Source of the DNA: Clostridia bacterium
Lineage (GTDB): Bacteria; Bacillota; Clostridia; Oscillospirales; CAG-382
Assembly: GCA_017516825.1 (NCBI GenBank)
Contig: JAFXBC010000011.1
Span: forward strand, 1,513-65,512
DNA: 64,000 nt
Direction: 5' to 3'
Position numbers and translations under genes: made by a program. The notes under the pieces were generated by a model. It did no database searches. It saw only the letters and a list, made by a program, of their open reading frames with translations, and was not told where the DNA came from. This document shows, piece by piece, positions 54,007 through 62,559 of the stretch; position 1 is the stretch's first letter; every line of letters starts with the position of its first letter.

Positions 54007-55920
54007 ATGAAAAAACGTTTGATCCCGTTGCTTCTGATCCTGACCTTGCTTTTGGGGGCTTGTGCCACCGCACCTGTGGACACCTCCTCGGAACCTGCGG
54101 ACACTTCCTCGGAAGTGAGCGCGGAAGCAAGCACAGAAGTCAGCGACGAAACATCATCTGAAGAAAGCGGTGAAGACATGCCCAACCAACCCATCGTCCG
54201 TCCCACGGATTACCCCACTCTGTGCGGTAACTTTATGCAGCCCGGGGCGTTTAAGAATTATTCTGCCCAGCAGATGAAATCCCACCTCCAGACCATGTAC
54301 GACGTGGGCATCGACATTCTGATCCTCCAGTGGTCTTTTGAGAACACAAGCGACGGCGTGACAAGCGTTTACTACGACGCTTCCTTTGAGTCTGCGGACA
54401 AGTCGTCTCTTTACAACGAAAGCGGCAAGAACCTGCTGGGGAACATCCTGAAGGCCGCCGAGGAGGTTGGCGTAAAGGTGTTTGTAGGCCTCAATAACAA
54501 CGACGAGTGGTGGGAAAAGGCTGTTTCCGACCGTTCCTGGCTTGCCGATCAGGCAGATTTGGGTATCAAGGGCGCAAAGCAGATCTACGATACCTATAAA
54601 GAACAGTACCCCAACGCACTTTACGGCTGGTACTTCGTATTTGAAATGTATAATACCGCAACAACCCAGACCATGATGGAAAACGCAGCATTCCTGCTGA
54701 ACGGATTCTGTGACGGCTTGACGGAGATCGATGGGGAAATGCCCATGATGCTCTCTCCCTTCCTTTCCGCTTACGGCACCGAGCCCGAGGTCACAGGTCA
54801 GCAGTGGAAGGAGATCTTCGCCATGACCCGCTTCCGCGATGGCGACATCTTCTGTTGCCAGGATTCCGTGGGTGCAGGCTACATCTCCATCGACCAGCTG
54901 GAGGGTTATTACAGAGAGATCAAGAAAGCGGTAGATACCAAGGAAGGTCTGCACTTCTGGGCCAACAATGAGGATTTTGACCTGTCCAACAGCAGCACCG
55001 CGCCTTTGAATCGCTTTTTGAAGCAGCTGCAGATCTCTTCTTCCTACGTGGAAGCGCACGTTACCTTTGCATACTCTCATTATCAGCATCCCGATATGGG
55101 AAAGACCGGTTATCACAACGCCTATAAAACCTATTACGAGACGGGAAAACTCCCCGAAAATACGTTGACCGCGCCCGAAGTAAGCTTCGATATGGAGGAG
55201 GATGGTTCCGCCGTCACTCTGAGCGGTTCTATTCAAAACCCCGATAAGACCGTAGCGGGCATTCGTATCCTTAAGAACGGCGAGGAGCTCCAGGTGATTG
55301 ACCTCACCCGCGAGTACGGCAAATCTTCCATCAGCTTCTCCTTCACCGATCACGACAATGCGGGAAGCGGTACTGCAGAATACGAGATCTGCGGTATTGA
55401 CTACTGCGGCAGTGACGGCCCCGCCGCAAAGCTCACCGTGTCCTTTGTAACGCGAAACGGCGTGAACGTTGCCGAGGGCAAGAGCTACACCATGCTGAAA
55501 CAGCCTGAAGCCAACTACCCCGACGAGGTGGGAAATGCCTTCACCGACGGCAAGCTGGGCGAACCCACCTACGGCGATAAGGCATGGTCCGGCTTCCTGG
55601 GCAGACCCGAGTTCGTCATCGACCTGGGCGAAAAGGTGGATGGCATCTATTCCGTCCGCGTGAACACTCTGGGCGGCGGCAATGCGGCCATCTACGCTCC
55701 CAATCAGATCACGATTTACGTTTCCGACGATGGCGAGAACTTCACCCAGGTGGCAAGCAAGACCTTCGCCGCCGACGTGAATTCCGGCAGTCTGAACGTG
55801 GTGGTACGCAGTGTCACCCTGCCCCAGGACGCTTCCGCAAGATACGTGAAGATCGCGGTGGCTACCAACCAGAGCTGGATCTTCATCGACGAGATCAGCG
55901 TCATGGCTGAACAATCATAA
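54007..55920 (+). CDS. lipoprotein: glycoside-hydrolase-like TIM barrel (DUF4434-like, from memory) + Ig-like + discoidin (F5/8 type C) domain
   Basis: Lipobox LLLGAC, S/E linker, GNFMQP...DILILQW core, and C-terminal ...ARYVKIAVATNQSWIFIDEISVMA discoidin-end signature. Confidence 0.65.
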   Translation: MKKRLIPLLLILTLLLGACATAPVDTSSEPADTSSEVSAEASTEVSDETSSEESGEDMPNQPIVRPTDYPTLCGNFMQPGAFKNYSAQQMKSHLQTMYDVGIDILILQWSFENTSDGVTSVYYDASFESADKSSLYNESGKNLLGNILKAAEEVGVKVFVGLNNNDEWWEKAVSDRSWLADQADLGIKGAKQIYDTYKEQYPNALYGWYFVFEMYNTATTQTMMENAAFLLNGFCDGLTEIDGEMPMMLSPFLSAYGTEPEVTGQQWKEIFAMTRFRDGDIFCCQDSVGAGYISIDQLEGYYREIKKAVDTKEGLHFWANNEDFDLSNSSTAPLNRFLKQLQISSSYVEAHVTFAYSHYQHPDMGKTGYHNAYKTYYETGKLPENTLTAPEVSFDMEEDGSAVTLSGSIQNPDKTVAGIRILKNGEELQVIDLTREYGKSSISFSFTDHDNAGSGTAEYEICGIDYCGSDGPAAKLTVSFVTRNGVNVAEGKSYTMLKQPEANYPDEVGNAFTDGKLGEPTYGDKAWSGFLGRPEFVIDLGEKVDGIYSVRVNTLGGGNAAIYAPNQITIYVSDDGENFTQVASKTFAADVNSGSLNVVVRSVTLPQDASARYVKIAVATNQSWIFIDEISVMAEQS

Positions 55921-55931
55921 ACAAAATAAAA

Positions 55932-55961
55932 ACGACCTGTTTGCCTCGGCAAACAGGTCGT
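55932..55961. terminator. bidirectional terminator
   Basis: 14-bp stem ACGACCTGTTTGCC / GGCAAACAGGTCGT flanked by A-run and T-run. Confidence 0.75.
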
Positions 55962-55964
55962 TTC

Positions 55965-56186
55965 TCACTCTCCAAGCTTTTCAAACAGCTCCGCCAGGGA
56001 TTCTTCCCCGCGGATCTCGGCGGTGGTCGCAAACCGTTCTGTTTCGATACGTCCGTCTTCGAAGAACTCCACTTCCCAACGTTCTCCCGGTGCGGCGATC
56101 TCCACCATAAGGCTGTCCCGCACCCGTTCCAAACGGTAGTTGATCCTCTTTTCGTCCAGCAGATGCAGAAATTGAAAAATGCTCAT
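55965..56186 (-). CDS. hypothetical acidic 73-aa protein
   Basis: MSIFQFLHLLDEKR... with a GGAGGAATTGCA RBS. No family recognised. Confidence 0.45.
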   Translation of the reverse strand: MSIFQFLHLLDEKRINYRLERVRDSLMVEIAAPGERWEVEFFEDGRIETERFATTAEIRGEESLAELFEKLGE

Positions 56187-56270
56187 TGCAATTCCTCCTT
56201 GGTTGGTGTACCAACAGGATATCATACTTTTCCCGCCGTGTCAAGCGTTCCTCCGTCAACCACGGGACGA

Positions 56271-56299
56271 TTGACAAAACGCTCATCCTGTGGTATGAT
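56271..56299 (+). promoter_or_regulatory. sigma-A-type promoter TTGACA-N17-(TGg)TATGAT
   Basis: TTGACA 56271-56276, TATGAT 56294-56299. Confidence 0.55.
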
Positions 56300-56331
56300 G
56301 AAAGCAGAAAAACGTTCAGAAAGGAACCGCC

Positions 56332-56640
56332 ATGGAACATCCTCAAACTCCTGCTACAACCAAAGAATTTCTCTTTTTGATGGAATGGGTCTGCTATACC
56401 ATCGACGATCTGATCGACCACGTTCTGGCGGATTCCGAGGAAGACCCTCATTATTCCGCCGTTACCGCTACCAATATGATCAAATGTTTGATCAAGACTA
56501 TGGCAGATCACGGAGAGCCCCTTTCCTATACCGATGCGGAAGGATATTTCCGAAAGAGCGGCTATTCCCCCGAAGACTTCCGTCTCTTCGAAGAAAAACG
56601 ACTCAAAGAGATTCCCGTTTTCCACGGCGAGATCTTTTGA
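56332..56640 (+). CDS. hypothetical protein (102 aa)
   Basis: ORF with an AGGAACCGCC RBS-like stretch, downstream of the promoter above. No motif recognised. Confidence 0.45.
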   Translation: MEHPQTPATTKEFLFLMEWVCYTIDDLIDHVLADSEEDPHYSAVTATNMIKCLIKTMADHGEPLSYTDAEGYFRKSGYSPEDFRLFEEKRLKEIPVFHGEIF

Positions 56641-56657
56641 GCAGATGCGGGTCTTTT

Positions 56658-57470
56658 ATGTCCGATTGTTTTTTTCTCACTCTCACAACCAATCCCTCCC
56701 TTTCCGCCATCTACTACGCATTACTTCAATGTGGTTACGAATACCACCTTCCCGAGAGGGAAGCCTTGGAGCGCTTCCGCGGCGGGGACGTACCTGTCTT
56801 TTTTCGGGGTGTCAAGCAAAACACCTGTGAGGTCTACCCCTATTGGCCCCGTGCCGCTTTGCTGGAAAGCGCCCTGTTCTACTTGACTCCCGATCATAGG
56901 GAGTGGGCAGACTTTCCCGCCTTCCGGGCCCGGGTGATGAACGCCCCCAACCTCACGCCCGAGGAGCGGAATGATGATCTTTGGCAGTGGATCCGGGAGT
57001 TCCCCTCTGCCTTGCAGGAGGTTCTTGCGTCCCCTGCTTTCCGGGAATATCTGGCGTGGGAAATTACCTGGCTGGAAGCGCAAAAAGCTCTCCACGCCCA
57101 TTCTCTGAACGCCTTGGGAGACCTGCTTGCGGAGTGCAATGCCCGTTACGGCGGCAGGGTGAAACGGGTACAGCTTTGGCTGAACCCCATCAAATGCGTT
57201 AACTCCGCGGATTATCACATCCACGGGGACACCTTGTTCTATTGCTCCGGCACGTTGAAGGCGGAATCCATCCTCCACGAGTTTCTCCATCCCATCGTTC
57301 ACCCGCTGATGGCAGAGAGGGAAGACCTCCCTGCGGATCCCGCTCTGGATCCTTCCTATACAGCAGACCCCCGCTACGCCGCAGAGGAGACCGCCGTCCG
57401 CCGTCTCACCTCCGCCATCTTGAAAGGGGAGTTCCCCGAAGATCTGCCCACATTTCTTTCGTCTCTATAA
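56658..57470 (+). CDS. hypothetical protein with HExxH motif (possible zinc metallopeptidase fold)
   Basis: ILHEFLHPIVHPLM near the C-terminus; no signal peptide. Only the last 270 codons of the 509-aa track ORF are credible. Confidence 0.5.
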   Translation: MSDCFFLTLTTNPSLSAIYYALLQCGYEYHLPEREALERFRGGDVPVFFRGVKQNTCEVYPYWPRAALLESALFYLTPDHREWADFPAFRARVMNAPNLTPEERNDDLWQWIREFPSALQEVLASPAFREYLAWEITWLEAQKALHAHSLNALGDLLAECNARYGGRVKRVQLWLNPIKCVNSADYHIHGDTLFYCSGTLKAESILHEFLHPIVHPLMAEREDLPADPALDPSYTADPRYAAEETAVRRLTSAILKGEFPEDLPTFLSSL

Positions 57471-57476
57471 AAAACG

Positions 57477-57510
57477 GCATCCCGACCCAAACGGATCGGG
57501 ATGCTTTTTT
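57477..57510. terminator. bidirectional terminator
   Basis: GCATCCCGA-10 nt-TCGGGATGC flanked by A-run and T6. Confidence 0.75.
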
Positions 57511-57514
57511 CGTG

Positions 57515-60500
57515 TTATTCCACCGTGATCTCCACGTAGCAGATTTGAGATTCTCCAAGGTAATTGTTGTAGGTGTAAGCGAAGGTGTCCTTCCCGGTGT
57601 AGCCGGGTTCGGGGAGGTAACGGAAGGTGCCGTCGACGGAAAGCACCACGCTGCCGTGGGTGGGAGAGCCCGCCGGGGTGTACCGTGCGGGAACGCCCTC
57701 GCCGTTCAGGGTGCTGTCCAGAATGGTGTCCTTCTTGGCAGTGAAGGTAAGAGTCTCCACCGTCTCGGGGTAGACCTCCAGGGTGCCTTTTGCAAACTTG
57801 TAGGTGGATTCGTACTGCATACGGCAGAGAGGCAGATCACTTCTTGCCATCTGTGCGAAGTTGTCACGGTCGTCGTAGTAGATCCGCACGCCCTCGTCGT
57901 AACCCGTGACGGCACCGTAATACAGATACAGCATATAGTTCCGCACGAAATGGGGGTCGGAAAGAGCCTGGTAGGAATGCTCGATCTCCACGGACATATG
58001 GGTCTGCTTAGCAGCTTCCGCGGTGTGGGTGAACTGCCACAGGGGCACGTCCCCGGTGAACATCACGTTGGGCTGCATGCACACCAGGTCAAAGCCCAGC
58101 TCGTACCCGGTGTAGTAACGGTTGGCAACGTAATAGGGGATCCAAAGAAGCTGTGAGCCTCTGTCGTGGATCACCTCGGCGGTCTCTTTGACCAAATGGC
58201 TGTCGTCACGCCAGTAGCCGATGGCCTCTATGCCCCAGTAGAACCCGCCGAGCTCCAGGTTTTTATACCCGCGGGAGGCGAATTCCTCCAGGCACAGGTC
58301 GGTGAACCATTCCAGAACCTTTCTGCGGTCCTCCGCCTTGGTAAGATCCTCGGAAACGCCGTCCCCGTCCACGTCGCCGAAATCGGTCACCGTGTCACGG
58401 ATGGGGAAGAGGGAGAGGTAGATCTGTACCTTGTAATCGGGCTTGTTCAAGGCATCCTTCACGGTACCTACTACTTCCTCCACGTGATCCATGCCCGTGG
58501 GGCCGTTGAACAAGCAGTTAAAGAGGTGATCCCAGTCCTTTTTGTAGCTGGCCTCCGCCACCTTGGACTTGGAGGGAAGATCCTCTCCGTTGGAAAGGAT
58601 AAAGCCGTCCATAAAGGTATCGGTGATATTGCCCTCCTCATCCAGATAGGCCACGTAGGGCAGGAGACGGTTCAGATCCGTCATCTGGGTGTTGATGAAG
58701 GAAATATCGTGAGCCTTCACGGAGGTGTTTTCCGTGGTGGCGTATTGGAGGGTCTCCTCGTTGGTGTAGAAGCGATTGGGGACGATACCGCTGTCCTGTA
58801 CGAGGACGGTTCCCTCCTTCACTTCCTTGGTGCCAAAGGCCTCCAGCTCGTCCAGCCAAACGGATTCGTTGTAGCCGCATTCCACACGGAAGCGGACGAA
58901 GCGTGCGGCGTAAGGAGGGTCAAGGGTGAAGTCTAGTGTGACGGGGGAGAAATTGTTCCCCAGCTTGGATTCATCCCACTTGCAATCGGATACGGGATAC
59001 CACAGATTGCCGTCGTTGGAGAGCAGGATCGTCACGAACTTGGGACGGGAAATGCCCCAGCTCTTCTGATCCAGGGTGTGTACCTTGAAGGACTCCAGGG
59101 TGGAGATGGCTCCCAGGTCAAAGAAGAAATCAATGGCGTTGCCGCCGCCGGCAAAGAACCAGTCGGGGGCGTAGCAGGTCTTGCTGGTGGCACGCTTGCC
59201 GTCGGTGAGAATGGGGCTGTCCCCGGGAGTGTGCTCCTTCTTCACCGTGGCGGGTGCGTAGTAAGAGGTAGCGATCTGTTGAGCCTTGCCCAAAATCAAG
59301 TTTTGGGTTTTGCCGTAATCGGCTTCCTGTTCCCAATAGACCTCCTCGGTGACGGCGGGGAAGCGTACCTCCCCGTAAATGGAATCCTCGGGGATGTTCT
59401 CAAGCCCCGCAAATACCTCGATCTCCTCCACCCAGTAATTGCCTGCACCGGGGGCAAAGTCCAAACGGATATATCTTGCGGAGATATATTCCGGCAACAG
59501 CAGGGTATAGGTGTAGTTATCACCCTTCAAGGGGGCGTACATCCTGCCTAAGAAGGTGTAAGTCTTGCCGTCCCGGGAGCCGTAGGCGTCGATATAGTCG
59601 GCATACTTCACGTCGATGCCCGAGCCCAAAGCGTGGACGCGGAGGTGATACAGATCGGAACGCTGCTGTCCCAGATCCAGCTTGATGGAAGAAGTCTCTT
59701 TCTCCTTTGCTCGGATCCCCACCCAAACGGACTCGCTGAACAGGCGGGTGGTACGTTCTCCGTCGGTGAGAAGCTTATCGTTCATGGGGGCGCGTTCGTC
59801 AAAGGTACAGTTTTCAAAGGTGTAAGAAACCCCTGCGGCTACGTTTTCCGAAGCGGCGGGCAGGGCTTCTTTCCCGGTGGAAAGGGATTTCCACGCCGTA
59901 CGGTCGATGTTCTCCTTGCCGTACGCCAGGGCCACGGTGTCCGTTTCCTCCTTGGGAGGCACGTCGGCGTAAACCTCCAGTTCATCTAAGAAAATGAACA
60001 TTCCTCCGGTCCCCATCCACATACGGATGCGGATATAGCGGTAGTCCGCCACCTCCTCCAGCTCCAGCCTTGCGGAGCTGACGGTGAGGTAGCCCGTCTC
60101 CTCAAAATTCACGGTACCCAGACGTTCAAATTCCTTGCCGTCGTTGGAGCCGTAAAAACGGGCGCTTTGGGCCAGCTTCACCCCGTCCTTGGTCTGATCC
60201 AGACTGCGGGCAACGATGGCGGAGATCCGCTTGCCGTCCTCCCCCAGATCCACGGTGAAGATCACGTCGGAGGCAAAGCCCACCATGCGGGAGTCGATGT
60301 AATGGGCCCCCACGTCGGGGGTCTTCAGCCCGTCGGTAAGCTGTTGATCGAAAAAGTCGTCGTATCCGCCGCCGGAGGGCTCCCCGTTCAAGGTGTAGGG
60401 CTTGCCCACGCTGACCAGAGTGTAAAGCCGATCCTCCTTGTCCGTGTTTTCTTCCGAGGAGGCCTCCTCTGTGGAGGATTCCCCGGGAGAGGGGATAGAT

Positions 60501-60589
60501 TCCGTTACACCGCTTTCGCAGGCGGAAAACAACAGCACCGCCGTAAGGAGTAACAGAAGCCACTTTTTCATATATTTCATAGAAATCAT
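57515..60589 (-). CDS. 1024-aa surface lipoprotein: three discoidin-like modules + DUF4855-like glycoside-hydrolase-like domain + C-terminal Ig/cadherin-like domain
   Basis: Lipobox LLFSAC. Three module ends: YRYIRIRM...FLDELEVYA, ARYIRLDF...WVEEIEVFA, ARFVRFRV...WLDELEAFG. Then LLWIPYYVAN...CMQPNVMF...VEIEHSY, and a tail PTHGSVVLSVDGTFRYLPEPGYTGKDTFAYTY. Start could be M4 (60580). Confidence 0.7.
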   Translation of the reverse strand: MISMKYMKKWLLLLLTAVLLFSACESGVTESIPSPGESSTEEASSEENTDKEDRLYTLVSVGKPYTLNGEPSGGGYDDFFDQQLTDGLKTPDVGAHYIDSRMVGFASDVIFTVDLGEDGKRISAIVARSLDQTKDGVKLAQSARFYGSNDGKEFERLGTVNFEETGYLTVSSARLELEEVADYRYIRIRMWMGTGGMFIFLDELEVYADVPPKEETDTVALAYGKENIDRTAWKSLSTGKEALPAASENVAAGVSYTFENCTFDERAPMNDKLLTDGERTTRLFSESVWVGIRAKEKETSSIKLDLGQQRSDLYHLRVHALGSGIDVKYADYIDAYGSRDGKTYTFLGRMYAPLKGDNYTYTLLLPEYISARYIRLDFAPGAGNYWVEEIEVFAGLENIPEDSIYGEVRFPAVTEEVYWEQEADYGKTQNLILGKAQQIATSYYAPATVKKEHTPGDSPILTDGKRATSKTCYAPDWFFAGGGNAIDFFFDLGAISTLESFKVHTLDQKSWGISRPKFVTILLSNDGNLWYPVSDCKWDESKLGNNFSPVTLDFTLDPPYAARFVRFRVECGYNESVWLDELEAFGTKEVKEGTVLVQDSGIVPNRFYTNEETLQYATTENTSVKAHDISFINTQMTDLNRLLPYVAYLDEEGNITDTFMDGFILSNGEDLPSKSKVAEASYKKDWDHLFNCLFNGPTGMDHVEEVVGTVKDALNKPDYKVQIYLSLFPIRDTVTDFGDVDGDGVSEDLTKAEDRRKVLEWFTDLCLEEFASRGYKNLELGGFYWGIEAIGYWRDDSHLVKETAEVIHDRGSQLLWIPYYVANRYYTGYELGFDLVCMQPNVMFTGDVPLWQFTHTAEAAKQTHMSVEIEHSYQALSDPHFVRNYMLYLYYGAVTGYDEGVRIYYDDRDNFAQMARSDLPLCRMQYESTYKFAKGTLEVYPETVETLTFTAKKDTILDSTLNGEGVPARYTPAGSPTHGSVVLSVDGTFRYLPEPGYTGKDTFAYTYNNYLGESQICYVEITVE

Positions 60590-60612
60590 GTCCTTTCATA
60601 GTGTTAAATATA

Positions 60613-60641
60613 AGTATAGCATATTTCCCAATCCTTGGCAA
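60613..60641 (-). promoter_or_regulatory. sigma-A-type promoter TTGCCA-N17-TATACT (minus strand)
   Basis: Reverse complement of 60613-60641, upstream of the 1024-aa gene. Confidence 0.5.
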
Positions 60642-60705
60642 TCGTCAAGAGGGTCAAAATTTCCCCTTCCGTTTTATGAAAAATCCCGAAACGCCAAACC
60701 CATCG

Positions 60706-60734
60706 TTGCATTTTCTTGCAAAGTGTGTTATACT
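60706..60734 (+). promoter_or_regulatory. sigma-A-type promoter TTGCAT-N17-TATACT
   Basis: TTGCAT 60706-60711, TATACT 60729-60734, upstream of the nitroreductase-WYL-WYL genes. Confidence 0.55.
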
Positions 60735-60758
60735 GTGGAAAACACTTGGAGGTCATTT

Positions 60759-61289
60759 ATGGAATTCTTCGAAACCTTATACAGCCGCAAAACGGTGCGG
60801 AGCTACAACGGAACCCCCGTGACCGAGGCAGAACTGCAAGAGATCTTAAAGGCGGGCTACGCCGCCCCCATCGGCAGAAGACGGTACGACACGTTGCATC
60901 TCACGGTGATCACCGATGCCGCTTTCCTTGCGGAATGGGAAAAGCGTGTGGGCCTGGAGACGGGCAAGGAGGACGCCCATCCCTTCTACGGAGCGCCCAC
61001 CCTGGTGCTGATCTCCTCCGTGGTGGACGAGGATCCCTACGGCAACGTGAACTACTCCAACGCCGCCTCCATCGCCCAGAACATGGCCCTTGCGGCCTGT
61101 GACCTGGGTGTGGGTGCCTGCCATATCTGGGGCGCCGTCCGCACCTTGAACAATTGCCCCGACCTGCTGTCCCGCCTGCCCATCCCCGCGGGGATGAAGC
61201 CGGTCTGCTCGGTAGCCTTGGGACACACCCACGAGACCTATACCCTGCGGGAGATCCCCGCGCGGATCGAGACCGCCTATTTGAAGTAA
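60759..61289 (+). CDS. nitroreductase family protein
   Basis: MEFFETLYSRKTVRSYNG... is a typical N-terminus; 176 aa. GGAGG RBS. The track ORF is 5'-extended. Confidence 0.8.
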   Translation: MEFFETLYSRKTVRSYNGTPVTEAELQEILKAGYAAPIGRRRYDTLHLTVITDAAFLAEWEKRVGLETGKEDAHPFYGAPTLVLISSVVDEDPYGNVNYSNAASIAQNMALAACDLGVGACHIWGAVRTLNNCPDLLSRLPIPAGMKPVCSVALGHTHETYTLREIPARIETAYLK

Positions 61290-61311
61290 CCTGTGAAAGG
61301 AGAAGCCGTAT

Positions 61312-62559
61312 ATGTCCGCATACCGTGAGTTGATCAAAAATTTCGGGCGGATCCGCGCCTATATGCGGGAGTTTTACGTCTACGGCTTCAAGCACAGGGA
61401 GCAGTACGCCGCCAAAAGCCCCCGCTCCTACGACGACGAGCGCCGCCGGGTGGAAAGCTGGCTGGGGGATCACATGGGCTTCGTCCGCACCCCCGAGGGG
61501 AAGAACGTGTTCCTTTCCATCGACAGCCGCAGAATGGATCACAATCCCCTGTATAAGGCCTGGAAGGCGAAAAGCTTCACCGATGGGGATATCACTTTGC
61601 ATTTTATCCTGCTGGACATCCTGCATACTCCCGAGAGGGCACTTTCCCCGGGGGAGCTGTTACAGATCATAGACAGGGAGTATCTTGCTTCCTTTCAAAC
61701 GCCCATGGCATTGGACGAATCCACCCTGCGTAAGAAGCTGAAGGAGTACGTCTCCGAGGGGATCTTGACCATGGAAAAGCAGGGGAAGCGGGTGCGTTAC
61801 CGCCGTGCGGCAGACACCGTCGCCCTCCCGTCCCGGGACGTGCTGGATCTGTTTTCCGAGATCCTGCCCTGCGGTGTCATCGGCTCTTTCCTGATAGACC
61901 GTACCGAGGAACGGGACAGCCCCTTCCGCTTCAAGCACCACTACATCACGGGTACCTTGGAAAGCGATCTGATGGCCGTTTTGTTTGACGCCATGGGGAA
62001 GGGGTCTTCCGTGACGGTTACCAACGCCGCAAGGCGTACGGGAGAGCCCAAGCGGGTACGGGCGATTCCCTTGCGGATCTACGTCAGCGCGCAAAGCGGC
62101 AGGCAGTACCTGGTGGCCTACGTGCCGGAACAAAACCGCATCCGCGCCTTCCGTCTGGACTATCTTTCCGCCGTAAAGCTTGAAGAACCCACGCCCCGCT
62201 TTGGGGAATTGCGGGCAAAGCTGGATGCTATGGAGCCTTTTCTTTGGGGCGTGAACCTGAAGGACGGGAGCGGAAAAACGGAGAAGATCTCCTTCACCGT
62301 GAAGGCGGGGTACAACGAAGAATACATCGTGGACCGTCTGCAGCGGGAAAAACGCACGGGGCAGGTGGAGTGCCTGGAAAACGGGCTGTACCGCTTTTCC
62401 GCCCAAGTGCAGGACGCAAGAGAGCTGCTTCCCTGGATCCGTACCTTCTTATGCCGCATCGTGGATTTTGAATGCTCCAATATCGGCGTGAAGGAGCGGT
62501 TTTTGCGGGATCTGAAGGCCATGTATGCGCTATACGGCTTGGGAGGTGATTCGGTATGA
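61312..62559 (+). CDS. WYL domain-containing transcriptional regulator (wHTH + WYL + C-terminal extension)
   Basis: wHTH-like LSPGELLQIIDREY...TLRKKLKEYVSEGILTMEKQGKRVRYRR. The WYL core is SGRQYLVAYVPEQNRIRAFRLDYLSAVKL. Confidence 0.7.
   Translation: MSAYRELIKNFGRIRAYMREFYVYGFKHREQYAAKSPRSYDDERRRVESWLGDHMGFVRTPEGKNVFLSIDSRRMDHNPLYKAWKAKSFTDGDITLHFILLDILHTPERALSPGELLQIIDREYLASFQTPMALDESTLRKKLKEYVSEGILTMEKQGKRVRYRRAADTVALPSRDVLDLFSEILPCGVIGSFLIDRTEERDSPFRFKHHYITGTLESDLMAVLFDAMGKGSSVTVTNAARRTGEPKRVRAIPLRIYVSAQSGRQYLVAYVPEQNRIRAFRLDYLSAVKLEEPTPRFGELRAKLDAMEPFLWGVNLKDGSGKTEKISFTVKAGYNEEYIVDRLQREKRTGQVECLENGLYRFSAQVQDARELLPWIRTFLCRIVDFECSNIGVKERFLRDLKAMYALYGLGGDSV

Noticed and set aside
55941-56657. 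The 5' two-thirds of the 509-aa track ORF 55941-57470.
   Set aside because: It runs through a bidirectional terminator, the antisense of the 73-aa gene, a promoter and another ORF in a different frame. Only the portion from ATG 56658 looks protein-like.
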